A stretch of 64,000 nt of DNA from Octopus sinensis (Eukaryota), in NCBI RefSeq assembly GCF_006345805.1, contig NC_043000.1:124434001-124498000 (forward strand), read 5' to 3'. The position numbers and the translations under genes are program-made. How positions within the stretch are numbered: position 1 is the stretch's first letter; every line of letters begins with the position of its first letter. The notes beneath the pieces were generated by a model that did no database searches, was not told the DNA's origin, and saw nothing but the letters and a program-made list of their open reading frames with translations. Below, one piece after another: positions 50,926 to 63,830 of this stretch.

Positions 50926-52597
50926 TTCTCTCTCTCGCTATGTCCCCCCTTCCCATAACCATCATCGCCATGGTCCTCTATGGCCCCCCCTCCCCAAAAC
51001 CATCATCGCCATACATAAAAGAGCCATCGCATTATCGTTAACCCCACTCGCTTCAAAATATCTAAAGAATACGCACAGATCATGAATGGCTAAAAGTTAA
51101 GTGAATCGTCCACCTTGCTACGACTACCTTCTTCTTGCACTTATCCTTATTCTTTCTCTATTCTTCAATTTCCATCTCATTGTATTGTCACTCATTCTTT
51201 CAGTATTCCCTCATTACCCTGTCTAGCTCAAACATTTTTTTCGTTTAGACTTGTCTCCAGGTTCATAGCCACTCGATTTTCATTTTTCAATTTTTCAATT
51301 TTTCGTTTAGTATTGTCTCCCGATTCATACAAACCCATTTGCTAGTCACGATTAACAGAACCTCTTTACTCGCTACGGTGTTATATTAGCTATCAATAAG
51401 ATATTCCCTCTGATTTTTCTGATTTTCAAACCTATTATCTAATGTTATTTATCGACAATGCCGTCCCCAGTCAATTCCCTCACACCGCTTATTGTCACGT
51501 GCCCTTGACCTCTCTCTCTAACAACCGTATCTCTCTCTCGCTATGTCCCCCCTTCCCATAACCATCATCGCCATGGTCCTCTATGCCCCCCCCTCCCCAA
51601 AACCATCATCGCCATACATAAAAGAGCCATCGCATTTATCGTTAAACCCACTCGCTTCAAAATATCTAAAGAATACGCACAGATCATGAATGGCTAAAAG
51701 TTAAGTGAATCGTCCAACCTCGCTACGACTACCTTTTCTTGCACTTATCCTTATTCTTTCTCTATTCTTCAATTTCCATCTCATTGTATTGTCACTCATT
51801 CTTTCAGTATTCCCTCATTACCCTGTCTAGCTCAAACATTTTTTTCGTTTTTTAGACTTGTCTCCAGGTTCATAGCCACTCTGATTTTTCAATTTTCAAT
51901 TTTTTAATTTTTCGTTAGTATTGTCTCCCGATTCATACAAACCCATTTGCTAGCTCACGATTAACAGAACCTCTTTACTCAGCTACGGTGTTATATTAGC
52001 TATCAATAATGATATTCCCTCTGATTTTTCTGATTTTCAAACCTATTTATCTAATGTTTATTTATCGACAATGCCGTCCCCAGTCAAATTCCTCACACCG
52101 CTTATTGTCACGTGTCCCTGACCTCTCTCTCTAACTAACCGTATCTCTCTCTCGCTATGTCCCCCCTTCCCATAACCATCATCGCCATGGTCCTCTATGC
52201 CCCCCCTCCCCAAAACCATCATCGCCATACATAAAAGAGCCATCGCATTTATCGTTAACCCCACTCGCTTCAAAATATCTAAAGAATACGCACAGATCAT
52301 GAATGGCTAAAAGTTAAGTGAATCGTCCAACCTCGCTACGACTACCTTCTTTCTTGCACTTATCCTTATTCTTTCTCTATTCTTCAATTTCCATCTCATT
52401 GTATTGTCACTCATTCTTTCAGTATTCCCTCATTACCCTGTCTAGCTCAAACATTTTTTTTTCGTTTAGACTTGTCTCCAGGTTCATAGCCACTCTGATT
52501 TTTCAATTTTTCAATTTTTCGTTTAGTATTGTCTCCCGATTCATACAAACCATTTGCTAGCTCACGATTAACAGAACCTCTTTACTCAGCTACGGTG
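50926..52597. repeat. Tandem array of about 2.75 copies of a ~605-615-bp unit
   Basis: anchor gcta(tgtccccc) at 50937, 51540 and 52154; copies differ mostly in homopolymer length. Confidence 0.97.
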
Positions 52598-55500
52598 CAC
52601 TCGCCCTCCCACCCCACCACGCATGCCGGAAGTTCCTATTCTCTTCCATTCCGGGGTTGCTTCCCATGAAGACTGCATATGCTCTCACCATCCATACCCC
52701 TCCCTACCCCTAGTCTCGACCTATGTAAGGTAATGTTCATACAGTGCAAAATATGAAAGGCTAGCGTTATGCAGGTTGTACTGAAGGCTACTTTACTACT
52801 TCATTTCTTGCACATGAATTCTGCCAAATGCGAGCTTTCTTTTCAGGTACACGAAGCTACTGTCCACCGTCCCAGGGTCTCTAGAGCCCATGCCTTCCAC
52901 ACCCTCAGGGTTGGCACCCTCAACGTTGGCACTCTGAAAGGTAGGTCTGGTGAGATAGTCGAGATGCTTGAACGGAGATGTGTGGATATATGTTGCATGC
53001 AAGAAATAAGGTGGAGAGGAGGATCAGCTAGGTTCCTCACAGGCAAGGAACGCAGGTACAAGATTTTCTGGGCAGGGAACACTGACGGGGTTGGTGGCGT
53101 GGGTATACTTATCGCTGAGAAATGGGTAGATAAAGTAATTGAGGTAATCAGAGTAAGTGACAGAATACTTAAGATTAGATTAGTGCTTCATCATAGTTTA
53201 GCAACCATTATATCAGCCTATGCTCCTCAGTCGGGGCTACCCGATGGACAGAAAGACCGATTCTATGACACTCTACTGCAGACTACCTCATTGACGAACG
53301 ACAGAGACCTTATCTTTGTGGCTGGTGACTTCAATGGTCACGTTGGACGACATGCTGGGGGCTTCCATGGCGTACATGGAGGCTATGGCTATGGCTCCCG
53401 CAACGAGGAGGGAACCAGGCTGCTGGAGTTCTGCGATGCAAATAATCTTATGATTTGCAACACTAACTTCAGGAAACCTACCAGCCACCTAGTCACTTAC
53501 CAATCGGGCCAACATACCAGCCAAATTGACTACATCCTTACAAGGCAAAGGGAGAGATGGCTGCTTATAAATGCCAAAACCTTCCCAGGTGAAGAATGTA
53601 CCCCACAACATAGACTGGTAGTTAGTGACTTTAGGATCAGGACTAGGAGGACAACCAGAAGACGACAAATATGGAGAAGAAGGATCTGGAAGCTTAAAGA
53701 TCCTGCAAATGGACAGAGATTTAGGGACATATTACTTGAAGCCTCTGACGAAGTAGAAGGGGATAGAGCATCACAGGGGGTAGAAGACAGCTGGACGTTT
53801 CTAAGGGACAACCTGCTGAGAGCCACTGACCAGATCTGTGGCTGGTGCAAAGTCCCCTCTCGACCTAGAATAACGTGGTGGTGGAACAATATTGTAGACA
53901 GGGCTATTAGAGAAAAGAGACAGGCTTGGAAGGTCTGGAAAAATGGGGGTAGCAGGGAATTGTATCAGACTGCCAAAAGAGAAGCTAGGAGACAGGTTTA
54001 TTTAGCCAGAGGGGAAGCAGATAAGAAAAAATTTGCCAATGTTCTGCGCCGTGAGGACCAAAGACTGGAGGTGTTTCGTGTTGCAAGACAGTGTTTGAGA
54101 GAGAATCGTGATGTGTAGGGAGAGAAGTGTGTTCGCATGGAAGATGGTTCACTTGCGCTAAATGAGGATGCGAAGAGAGAGGTTTGGAGATGCCACTATG
54201 AAAGGTTGCTGAATGAAGAAAATGAATGGGATAAGAGAGTCTGCCGAATGTTGACCCAACAGAGGGACCAGCTATCCGAGTTGATAGTTCTGTGGTAGCT
54301 AAGGCAATTAGAAGCATGAAGACAGGGAAAGCCCCAGGCCCATCAGGAATCACTGCAGAGATGCTCAAAATGTCTGGTAGTGTCGGCTATAGCCTAGTCA
54401 CCCATATAGTTAATCAGGTGATACACAAAGGGGTCATACCCAATGACTGGTGTAGCAGTATAATAGTCAACTGCTACAAAGGTAAAGGTGATGCCCTAGA
54501 TACAAATAACTACAGAGGTATCAAGCTGTTGGACCAGGTGATGAAGGTTACGGAGAGGGTCATAGCCCAACTAATTAGAGAGAGAGTTAGTTTAGATGAG
54601 ATGCAGTTTGGGTTTGTGCCAGGGAAAAGTACTACTGATGCTATATTCCTGGTAAGGCAGCTGCAGGAGAAATACCTAGCCAAAGATAAGCCCCTGTACC
54701 TGGCTTTTGTTGACATGGAGAAAGCCTTCGACAGGGTCCCCCGATCCCTTATCTGGTGGGCAATGAGAAAACTAGGGATAGATGAATGGTTAGTGAGAGC
54801 TGTGCGGGCCATGTATAGGGACGCCGCTAGTAGGGTGAGGGTTGGAAATGAGTACAGTGAAGAATTCCGGGTAGAGGTAGGGGTCCACCAAGGCTCAGTA
54901 CTCAGCCCCCTCCTATTTATCATAGTCCTCCAGGCAATAACGGAGGAATTCAAGACAGGATGCCCTTGGGAGCTCCTCTATGCTGATGACCTTGCTCTAA
55001 TTGCTGAGTCGCTATCAGAACTGGAGGAGAAGTTTCAGGTGTGGAAACAAGGATTAGAATCGAAGGGCCTCAGAGTCAATCTAGCTAAAACCAAAGTCGT
55101 AATCAGTAGGAAGGTAGACAAATCACAAACACCTTCAGGTAGATGGCCCTGCTCGATCTGTAGAAAAGGTGTAGGTAGAAACTCTATAAGATGCACCAAG
55201 TGTAAGCTATGGACACATAAGAGATGCAGCAATGTCAAAGGAAGGCTAACTAGGAAGATGGTTTTTGTATGTGGCAGATGCTCAGGAACAATAAACACTG
55301 AAAATGCTCTGAGACCAACTTCCGTCACTTTCCAGGGAGAAAAACTAGAAATAGTTGATAGTTTCCGTTACCTAGGTGACCAAGTCAGCAGCGGGGGGGG
55401 TGTGCTGAAAGTGTAACTGCTAGAGTAAGAATAGCTTGGGCAAAGTTCAGAGAGCTCTTACCTCTGCTGGTGACAAAAGGCCTCTCGCACAGAGTGAAAG

Positions 55501-56545
55501 GCAGACTGTATGATGCGTGTGTACGAACAGCCATGCTACATGGCAGTGAAACATGGGCCGTGACTGCTGAGGATATGCGTAAGCTCGCTAGAAATGAAGC
55601 CAGTATGCTCCGATGGATGTGTAATGCCGGTACTCACACTCGGCAGAGTGTAAGTACCTTGAGAGAAAAGCTGGACCTAAGAAGCATCAGTTGTGGTGTG
55701 CAAGAGAGACGTTTGCGCTGGTATGGTCATGTGGCGAGAATGGATGAAGATAGTTGTGTGAAAAAGTGCCACACCCTAGCGGTTGAGGGAACCTGTGGAA
55801 GAGGCAGACCCAGGAAAACCTGGGACGAGGTGGTGAAGCACGACCTTCGAACTTTAGGTCTCACTGAGGAAATGACTAGAGACCGAGACCTCTGGAAGTG
55901 TGCTGTGCGCGAGAAGACCCGGCAGGACAAGTGAGTCCACAACCCGTGGCCTTCTACATGGGATGGAGCCAGCCTACGTATGCATACCTTCCCTTCTTGG
56001 GACACAAAACTCTACTTGTGAAGACGTGTTGAGGCAAGTGAGGATCAGAATCGAAATCGATCAATGGAAATTGCGGATGTGCTACCAGTGCCGGTGGCAT
56101 GTCGAAACTCTGCTTGTGAAGACCCATTGAGGCAAGTGAGGATCAGAATCGAAATCGATCAATGGAAATCGATCAATGGAAATTGCAGATGTGTTACCAG
56201 TGCCGGTGGCATGTAAGAGAACTTTCCGTTTCGCGACCGTTGCCAGCACCGCCCCGTTTCGTGTCCGTTGCCAGCCTCGCCTGGCCCTCGTGCCGGTGGC
56301 ACATAAAAAGCACCATCCGTTCGTGGCCGTTTGCCAGCTCTGTCTGGCACCAGTGCGGGTGGCACGTAAAAAGCACCCACTACACTCACGGAGTGGTTGG
56401 TGTTAGGAAGGGCATCCAGCCGTAGAAACACTGCCAGATTTGACTGGGCCTGATGAAGCCTTCTGGCTTCACAGACCCCAGTAGAACCGTCCAACCCATG
56501 CTAGCATGGAAAACGGACGCTAAATGATGATGATGATGATGATGA
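52598..56545 (+). mobile_element. Near full-length RTE-clade LINE: APE endonuclease + RT + PHD-like finger, structured 3' UTR and (GAT)n tail
   Basis: EN motifs VGTLNVGTL, QEIRW, SAYAPQ, GDFNGH, QIDYIL, PQHRLV; RT motifs GKAPGPSG, YRGIKL, QFGF, DMEKAFD, GVHQGSVLSP, YADD, FRYLG; three lesions near 54116, 54232 and 55393-55400. Confidence 0.97.
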
Positions 56546-56635
56546 GTTAAACTCCCCATAAGCTTTAATGCCCTAAAAACTTTCTTTTTATTTGAATATG
56601 TGCTTCTGAAGTTGATGCATGTCTAATATCATTTT

Positions 56636-57030
56636 ACTCTTTTACTCTTTTACTTGTTTCAGTCATTTGACAGTGGCCATGCTGGAGCACCGCCTTTAGT
56701 CGAGCAAATCGACCCCAGGACTTATTCTTTGTAAGCCTAGTACTTATTCTATCGGTCTCTTTTGCTGAACCGCTAAGTTACGGAGACGTAAACACACCAG
56801 CTTCAGTTGACAAGCGATGTTGGTGGGACAAACATACACACATATATATATACATATACATATATATGATGGGCTTCTTTCAGTCTCCGTCTACCAAATC
56901 CACTCACAAGGCTTTGGTCGGCCCAAGGCTATAGTAGAAGACACTTACCCTAGGTGCCACACAGTGGGACTGAACCCGGAACCATGTGGTTGGTAAGCAA
57001 GCTACTTACCACACAGCCACTCCTGCACCT
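56636..57030 (-). mobile_element. SINE family A full copy
   Basis: same consensus. Confidence 0.9.
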
Positions 57031-57237
57031 ATGTGTATCCTGTGTATGTTTTATGCAATCAAATATAGCAGTTAGAAGACATTAGCAATGCAAATTGCAT
57101 AATAATTCCATGTTGAATTTCTATTAATTTATTTTTATTCTTTAAATATCACAAGCAAATTGTTTTGCAATGGTTTGAAAATTGTATTTCATTTGCCAAT
57201 GTATTTCACTAATTCCTGACATAACCAATCTAGGAAA

Positions 57238-57583
57238 TCTCTATATATAAAGCTGAAGTTGTCTCTGTGTGGCAGATTTGGTAGCCTTCAACTAACACTG
57301 TCTCCTCTGAGACCCTGCAGAGCTAATTGACCAGAATTGAAAGTTTGATAGAAGAAGGCTTGCTCTTTCTTCCATAGAAGAAAAAATTCAAATCGGACCA
57401 TGTTAACATAAAAAATTATTTACGATTTTTTTACTGCTGTGTCGCCATTTTTCGGTGTATTTCAACCAGAAAAATGTTCACTTAAAGAGAATAACAAGTT
57501 ACATAATGCAAAATTTTTACTTTCAAAAATTCCAATTCTAATGGGTTGCAACAAACCCGAGCAATGCCAGGCGATACTGCTAG
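57238..57583 (+). mobile_element. Helitron-like non-autonomous element
   Basis: a|TCTCTATATATAAAGCTG...GATACTGCTAG|t; collinear with 16966-17311. Confidence 0.72.
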
Positions 57584-57589
57584 TACTTG

Positions 57590-57901
57590 AATAAAAATGT
57601 ACTGTAATGTTTAAGGTGCAAAACTGGCAACAATTAACAAATTGAGTGCAGCCATTGAATGAGAATGCACCACAAATACTGAACATAATATTTCTTGATG
57701 TTTGCAATTCTATTGCTTTGTGTTATCAGCAATGCCTGGGCCAGAACAGTCCTAAGTTTGCGAACAGGCATTCATAAAAAAAAGTAAAGTGAAATTCTGT
57801 AAATGTTTCTATTAAATTTTGAAAATGAAAACTATTTAAATAAACACTGATTCAAAATCATTCTATGTGTATTTTACGTCTTTTTGGGGACACCCTGTGT
57901 A
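57590..57901 (+). mobile_element. Tc1/mariner-superfamily 3' remnant
   Basis: ...VCNSIALCYQQCLGQNSPKF resembles a transposase C-terminus; ends ttttgggacaccctgtgta. Confidence 0.5.
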
Positions 57902-59259
57902 TGTAAATATCTAAATATATATACCAAAAAGCAATCCTGATATTGGACTTAATGTGGAAGTTGTATTAAAACACAAAATACTGCATTAGAGGGCCTCTCA
58001 TATGAACTCTCATATGATGTATAAAAGCACTTGTATTTTTATTGTATTTATATGTCACTATTAATTATTATATATATATATATACACGCACACACAAAAT
58101 TATGAATTATATTTTTTACATAAACTTTGATTACAAATACTTTTTTGAATGACTTCTAAATCGTTTTTCCAGTAACAATCTTCACATTCTTTGAAAGCTG
58201 AACCTTACAGTCTCTGACCTCAAACAGTGATAGACACATATTTGACACATAAAAGCAGCTTCACAAAAATGCCATTTCAGATTTAGGGGCCAAAGAGTCC
58301 TTCATTACCAGTTGATGATCCACTCCAGATACATCATACTCTTGAATACTGCTAGGACAATATATTTTGGTAGACACCAGTATGAAAGAGCACTTGACTA
58401 TGACTACTGGCACAGTCTTACCTCTTCTATTAGTCAAGAGCAAAATGCCCCCGTCCAATGGATGGTGCTGAGTTGTCAAACATTTAAACCAAATTTTATC
58501 AAAACTTTTCATTAAAAAATAAAGCATACCTTTATTTCAATAAAATTTTTGGTTTTGTTAAACAAAGTTAGGGCAAAAAAAAAGAAACTTCTTGAGAAAC
58601 CAAATAGTCTTTCCTTCCTTCATGCTAAGTTTGAAGAAAATATCTCTTTTGCATCTTTTTTCTGGTCTCTTAAATATACTGTATTTTGTGGCATTATTTC
58701 AAGCCAGCCGGCATTTTTTGCGCAAACTGCACGTGCATTTTTCTCACATACGCGTAGTTTCGATCACAACAGCTGATGTACTTGCGCTTAAAAACACACG
58801 TTCCCACGGCTTCATTGATCGCATTCTCACCTGGAATCGATTTTTGTAATTTTTTCAAGACTTAAACATGCTCTGATACCTTCAGTATCTACATATCAAA
58901 AATGAGCACAATCGGATGAAAGATGCCCGAGATCCTAGAAGACACACACACAGACAGACATAACGGATTTTATATAATAGATGTAGCTTCCTGTCTGCTG
59001 GGACCACAAGGCAGTCTGACAAGCCTTTTTAGACATTTCACTGCTGTGAGAAAGAGGAAAGATATGATGATTTAGGCAGGGCCTTTCACACCACTTGTTA
59101 TTTTATTTATTATACATTCTTCATTTGGAAAACTTCATACTGTTTCAGTAAGCATAATGAGACAAATAGTTGCATTACACTGTACATAAAAGAACAGTTT
59201 GGAGAATTAAACAGTCAACACAAGAACAGTAAGATGTTGATTGTCTTAGGTAACCATAG

Positions 59260-59804
59260 TGTTAAACGACCGTACGTAAGGAGTTGGTGATTGTAATGTC
59301 TCCTTGTAACACCACACGGTCGCCCTTACAGAATAAGAAGCCAACATACATGATATAAAAGAATAAGTGCCAAAAGGAATAATGAGGACGACAATGGTGA
59401 TGATGACGGCAGAGAAAGGTGTTGTCGAGATGAAGGTGACGGAGGTAGAGAACGTTCTGCGTTGCTGGTGTATGTTAGCGTTGTCTTGGCTGGAGCAGGA
59501 ACATGGCTGGCTGGTCTGGTCGTCTCTGGAACATGGTTGAGTAGCTCTGTGGTCAGAGGTTAGCCCTGAGAAGGACTGGAACCTAAGACGAGATATCATG
59601 AATACTGGGGCCTTTTTATAACCTGAGGTGGACTCCAGTGAAACCCCAAAAAAGACTGTGTCATGGGACCTTATCAGGAGGCCGTGATTGGTTGGCTTAC
59701 ACACTGGCACGAAATATGTCAAGAGACAAATTGCACCACTGTCAACCAATCTGAGCAGTGGACACAACAGGGTCAAAATAGCCGAAGATGGTTGTTATCT
59801 AACA
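59260..59804 (-). mobile_element. Candidate solo LTR
   Basis: TGTTA...TAACA termini; GC-richer island; CCAAT and TATAAAAAGG on the minus strand; no clean TSD. Confidence 0.4.
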
Positions 59805-60370
59805 CGAGATCATTTCTAATATATCTTTCAAACAGTGAGGATATCAGCTATGCTACATACCTATTGACAGATTTCTTTCATTTAAATTTCTTTTTCTAAT
59901 ATCTGGTATTGTATCACTGCTGCCCTACCACATACAATTAACAACTAAATGCCTCTCTTCTTTTTGTTTTCCTTACTGTATGTCACAGATTCCGAGTTTA
60001 CCATTTGAATTTTTTCTTCATGATACTGCATTACCCTGGAATGTCCTCTCTATCATGTCTTTCTTTCAAACCCCCAATCAGCAGAAAATAAAAATTGAAT
60101 GTCAATCTGATTGAACTAACTCCATTCTAGTTACACTTGCATAGGCTGCTCATAGCTTACCTGCTTTTCTCCTCACAATAAATTGTCTAAAATTTAGGTA
60201 CAAAACCTGCTGTTTTGAGGGGAGGAAATTAATATCATCAATCCCAGTAACTGACTAGCACTTTATTTTATTAATCTTATGGGGATCAAAGGCAAAGTTG
60301 ACCTTGGCAAGGTTTGAACTGTGGACGTAAAGTGTCATAACTAAATACCATGTGGCACTTTCACCTTAAG

Positions 60371-60685
60371 GAGCACTCCGTCGGTTGTTACCATGAGGGT
60401 CCCAGCTGATAATATCAACGGAACAGCTTGCTCGTGAAATTAATGTATAAGTGGCTGAGCACTCCACAAACACGTGTACCCTTAACGTAGTTCTTGGGGA
60501 GATTCGGCATGACACAGTGTGCGACAAGGCTGGCCCTTTGAAATACAAGTACTACTCATTTTTGCCAGCTGAGTGGACTGGAGCAACATGAAATAAAGTG
60601 TCTTGCTCAAGGACACAACGTGCCGCCGGGAATTGAACTCACGACCTTACGATCATAAGCCGAATGCCCCTAAGCCACACGCCTT
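60371..60685 (-). mobile_element. SINE family C; other copies at 46905-47205(-) and 26100-26400(+)
   Basis: tRNA-like head, ccttgagcaagacac CORE-like segment and shared 3' domain gtggagtgctcagccacttgcacgttaatttcacgagc. Confidence 0.75.
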
Positions 60686-63058
60686 CATGCACTTTGACCA
60701 ATGCTCTAACGATTCTGCCAATCCATCACTCTTTTAAAGGTACAAAGCCAGCAATTTTGAGGTTGGGGTGGGGTTAATCAGTAGCATCGATTCCAGGGCT
60801 CAATTGGTAGTTTACTTTAGCAATCCTGCAAGGTTGAAAGGCAAAGTTGATTTCAGCGTGATTTGAACTCAGAAAATGAAGAACTGGAGGAAATACTGCA
60901 GGAATTGTTTTCTGATATTCTACTGATTATATCAGCTCACCTAAGGTACGAAAGAAAAATTTCAATGAACAAGATATAGTCAAATACAGTCAAATAAGTT
61001 GATGTAGGGGAGATAATTTACAACGAAGGGAAAGTATTTTCAGTGGCTCCAATATTTTACCGTTTAATTATCCTAAAAGAAAAAGCAGTTTACGTAAACA
61101 TATCTTAATTAAACATTTGTTGCAGGTTGTGTTTTAGAGGCACATTTTATTTCCCAGTTAGAGACATAGGTGACTCGATATAATACACCCAGTCCATGGT
61201 GCAAATTAGTTTTGCTCTTTTCTTACGTAGATAAACTGGTGAAGATATTTTAGTTTGGTATTTAACTTAGTTGATGATTATATAAGACGTACTTTTTTTC
61301 CTTACAAAATGTCTCAAAAATGTCACCCTTGGTCCTATACGGAAAGTTGAACATATTTTACATGCTTTGATACGAACGCATTAAAGCATGTAGAAAAAGA
61401 ATTTTTTTTCTAAATATGAGCTGCTGAAATTGTGGTGTATCAAAGCGGCGAGCTGGCAGAAATGTTAGTACGCTAGGCGAATGCATAGCAGTATTTCGTC
61501 TGTCTTTATGTTCTGAGCTCAAATTTCGCCGAGGTCGACTCTGCCTTTCAGGGCCAATAAATTAATTACCAGTTGCGTACTGGGATCGATCTAATCGGCT
61601 GGCTTCTTCTCCCAAAATTTTGTGCCTTGTTCCTAGAGTAGAAAAGAATATGCCTGTGTACATTTTATGCCATCAAATAGGTATTTTATCAACCACCATT
61701 TTTTATTTAGTTACTGATTGGTGGGAAGAGACATAACTTGAGACGCCATTTATACACTGGTATGTAACTTGATGCACCATTTTACACTTGTAAAAACTAA
61801 CATTTCCTTTTTCCCCAGCTGAGATTCGAAACCGAGTCTAAGGATTCTCACTTATCTGATCCATCACTGGCCAAACAGGCGTGAAAGAAATTCCTTTGTC
61901 CTGCCAAAAAGTGATGGATGGATTTCTCCTCGACCAACGACCTGAGCTGTGTCATTTAAGGTTCAAGTGGACAGGAGGTAACCTACATAAGTAGAAATTA
62001 CTCTTGTGGTATGTATGTCTTTCTAGCTGTCATGACCATTATAAATACGATCAGATAGTCATCAAGTGGAAGTCTGTCAAGGGACTGTAGATAGCCATCA
62101 CCAGGCGAACTGTCAAGAGACAAGCAGACAGCCAGCAAGTAACTTGCGCCAGTCAAGCAGCCAACATAGAACCCCATATTCAGCATGAACAACCCAACAC
62201 AGTAGCAGTCACAGGACATAAACAGACACCACCGAATGACCAACGAACACACAGACACAAAACATGCCTGGTTCTACCTCATCACATCAGCACAGTATTT
62301 CCCCTGTATATTTTCTTCTTCGCCAATTCGAAGCAAGTAGGGAAGTAGATAATGTCATGATGATGATGATGATGATGATGACATTATCTACTTCCCTACT
62401 TGCTTATACAACAAATAAATGCAAATGTCTATTAAATAAATTATTTAAACCACAATCCGATGCTTTCCCATTATTTTACTTTGATGTCGTCCACATGCCT
62501 ATTTCATCTGCTACCTCAACGACATCTTTTGCTACACCTTTCCCATTACACACTGATATGACTGAAGCTGTCTATTGACAACTTGGATTTTTACTTTTAT
62601 TTTTTCTTGTTTTCTGTTAGTTTATCTACTTTTGAGGATTCAGCATTTCTAATTACATTGTAGCACAGTTTTCTCCATAACTTGTGATCCTATACTTTTT
62701 TTTCAACGATGTAATAAATTTAAACAAATCATTTTAATCCATAAAGCGCTGGGACTTGCACTTACATTGCATGGACTGCTGAGCACATTTTATGAAAATG
62801 AGACTACCATGCACACATAAAAAGCAAAAAATAGCTAAAATATCTTCTTAATATATAATGGTGGTAAGTTTTACATCATCTAAAACGTCATTAGTTGAAC
62901 TATTAGTCCTCTTGCATTCTGGGGGGTATCGGAGAGTTTGAGTGACATTAGACCCCAACAAACGCCCATAAATTAAATGCATTTAACTGGGCCACAGTTG
63001 TGGCCTGTCGACCTGTGCCTGACGGCCACAATCATGGACCATTGTGATTTATATGTTA

Positions 63059-63453
63059 CTAGCAGTATCGCTCGGCATTGCTCAGGTTTGTAAGGGAAAT
63101 AACTATATAAGCATTTTTAGAGATGTAAAGTATAATAGCCATCTCAATATGGCTAACCACAAAGGGGGGGTGTTACTGTAGCTTTTTACGTTCTGAGATT
63201 TAATAATACATTTTTAGAGAGTTACTTCCCTTATATAATAACAAAAAATGCATTAGAAATGGGAAAAAATGATGGTAAATTTTTTTTTAAATCGTAGACT
63301 CATCGTAGACGCGCGCTAATACCCAGAAGGGCTCGATATGAATCACGACTATAAGATACCCGCTTCTGGTTACACTGCACTGCAAAATGTGGGAGTAGTT
63401 AGGAATCTAAATCGTAGGAGACAGACACACAACTTCACTTTTATATATAAAGA
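63059..63453 (-). mobile_element. Helitron-like non-autonomous element adjacent to an RTE fragment
   Basis: reverse strand a|TCTTTATATATAAAAGTG...GATACTGCTAG|t. Confidence 0.7.
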
Positions 63454-63459
63454 TTTACT

Positions 63460-63830
63460 TAAATCTTGGTCTTCCTTAATTTTTCTGTCAGGCTTCTTTA
63501 TTCTAAATTTTCTTTCTACATCTGGAATTTTATCTCTAAATCTTCCATGGTCTCAACTATTAGCACTAAGTTATCAGCATATAGGAACTTCCATAAGGAG
63601 CTGGTCTGAAACTCCTCAGTTATGGTCTGGAGGTTTATATAAAAAGGAGGAGGCTAAGAACTGAGACCTAGTGGATACCAACAAGCACTCCAAATTCTTC
63701 ACTGAATTCATTTCCAACTCTCCCTTTGCTGATTGCATCTCTGTACACAACTTGCACAAATCTCACCAGCTGTTCTTCAACTACCAGATTTTAAATCATG
63801 GTACTGTCTTGATTCAATAGATGCTGAAAA
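63460..63830 (-). mobile_element. Degenerate RTE RT fragment
   Basis: reverse strand reads RVGNEFSEEF...VSVLS...LYADNL, collinear with 54780-55100. Confidence 0.8.

Noticed and set aside
52796-55328. Multiple minus-strand ORFs over the LINE
   Set aside because: Antisense shadows of the RTE coding frame.
56200-56380. Repeat-spacer-like pattern resembling a CRISPR array (also 13080-13380 and 49220-49440)
   Set aside because: Eukaryotic context, no cas genes, and the spacers are homologous to each other; these are RTE 3' UTR modules.
58410-58475. Candidate missing SORT1 exon (QLSTIHWTG resembles VPS10 VHWAG)
   Set aside because: In-frame TGA before the donor, and no frame gives the required phase 0.
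59246-59776. 176-aa ORF with LVDSGA, resembling a retroviral protease motif
   Set aside because: No downstream flap/GRD motif; the region looks like LTR or promoter DNA.
60157-60190. Minus-strand GTAAGC donor with a short upstream exon
   Set aside because: Wrong phase and no sortilin similarity.
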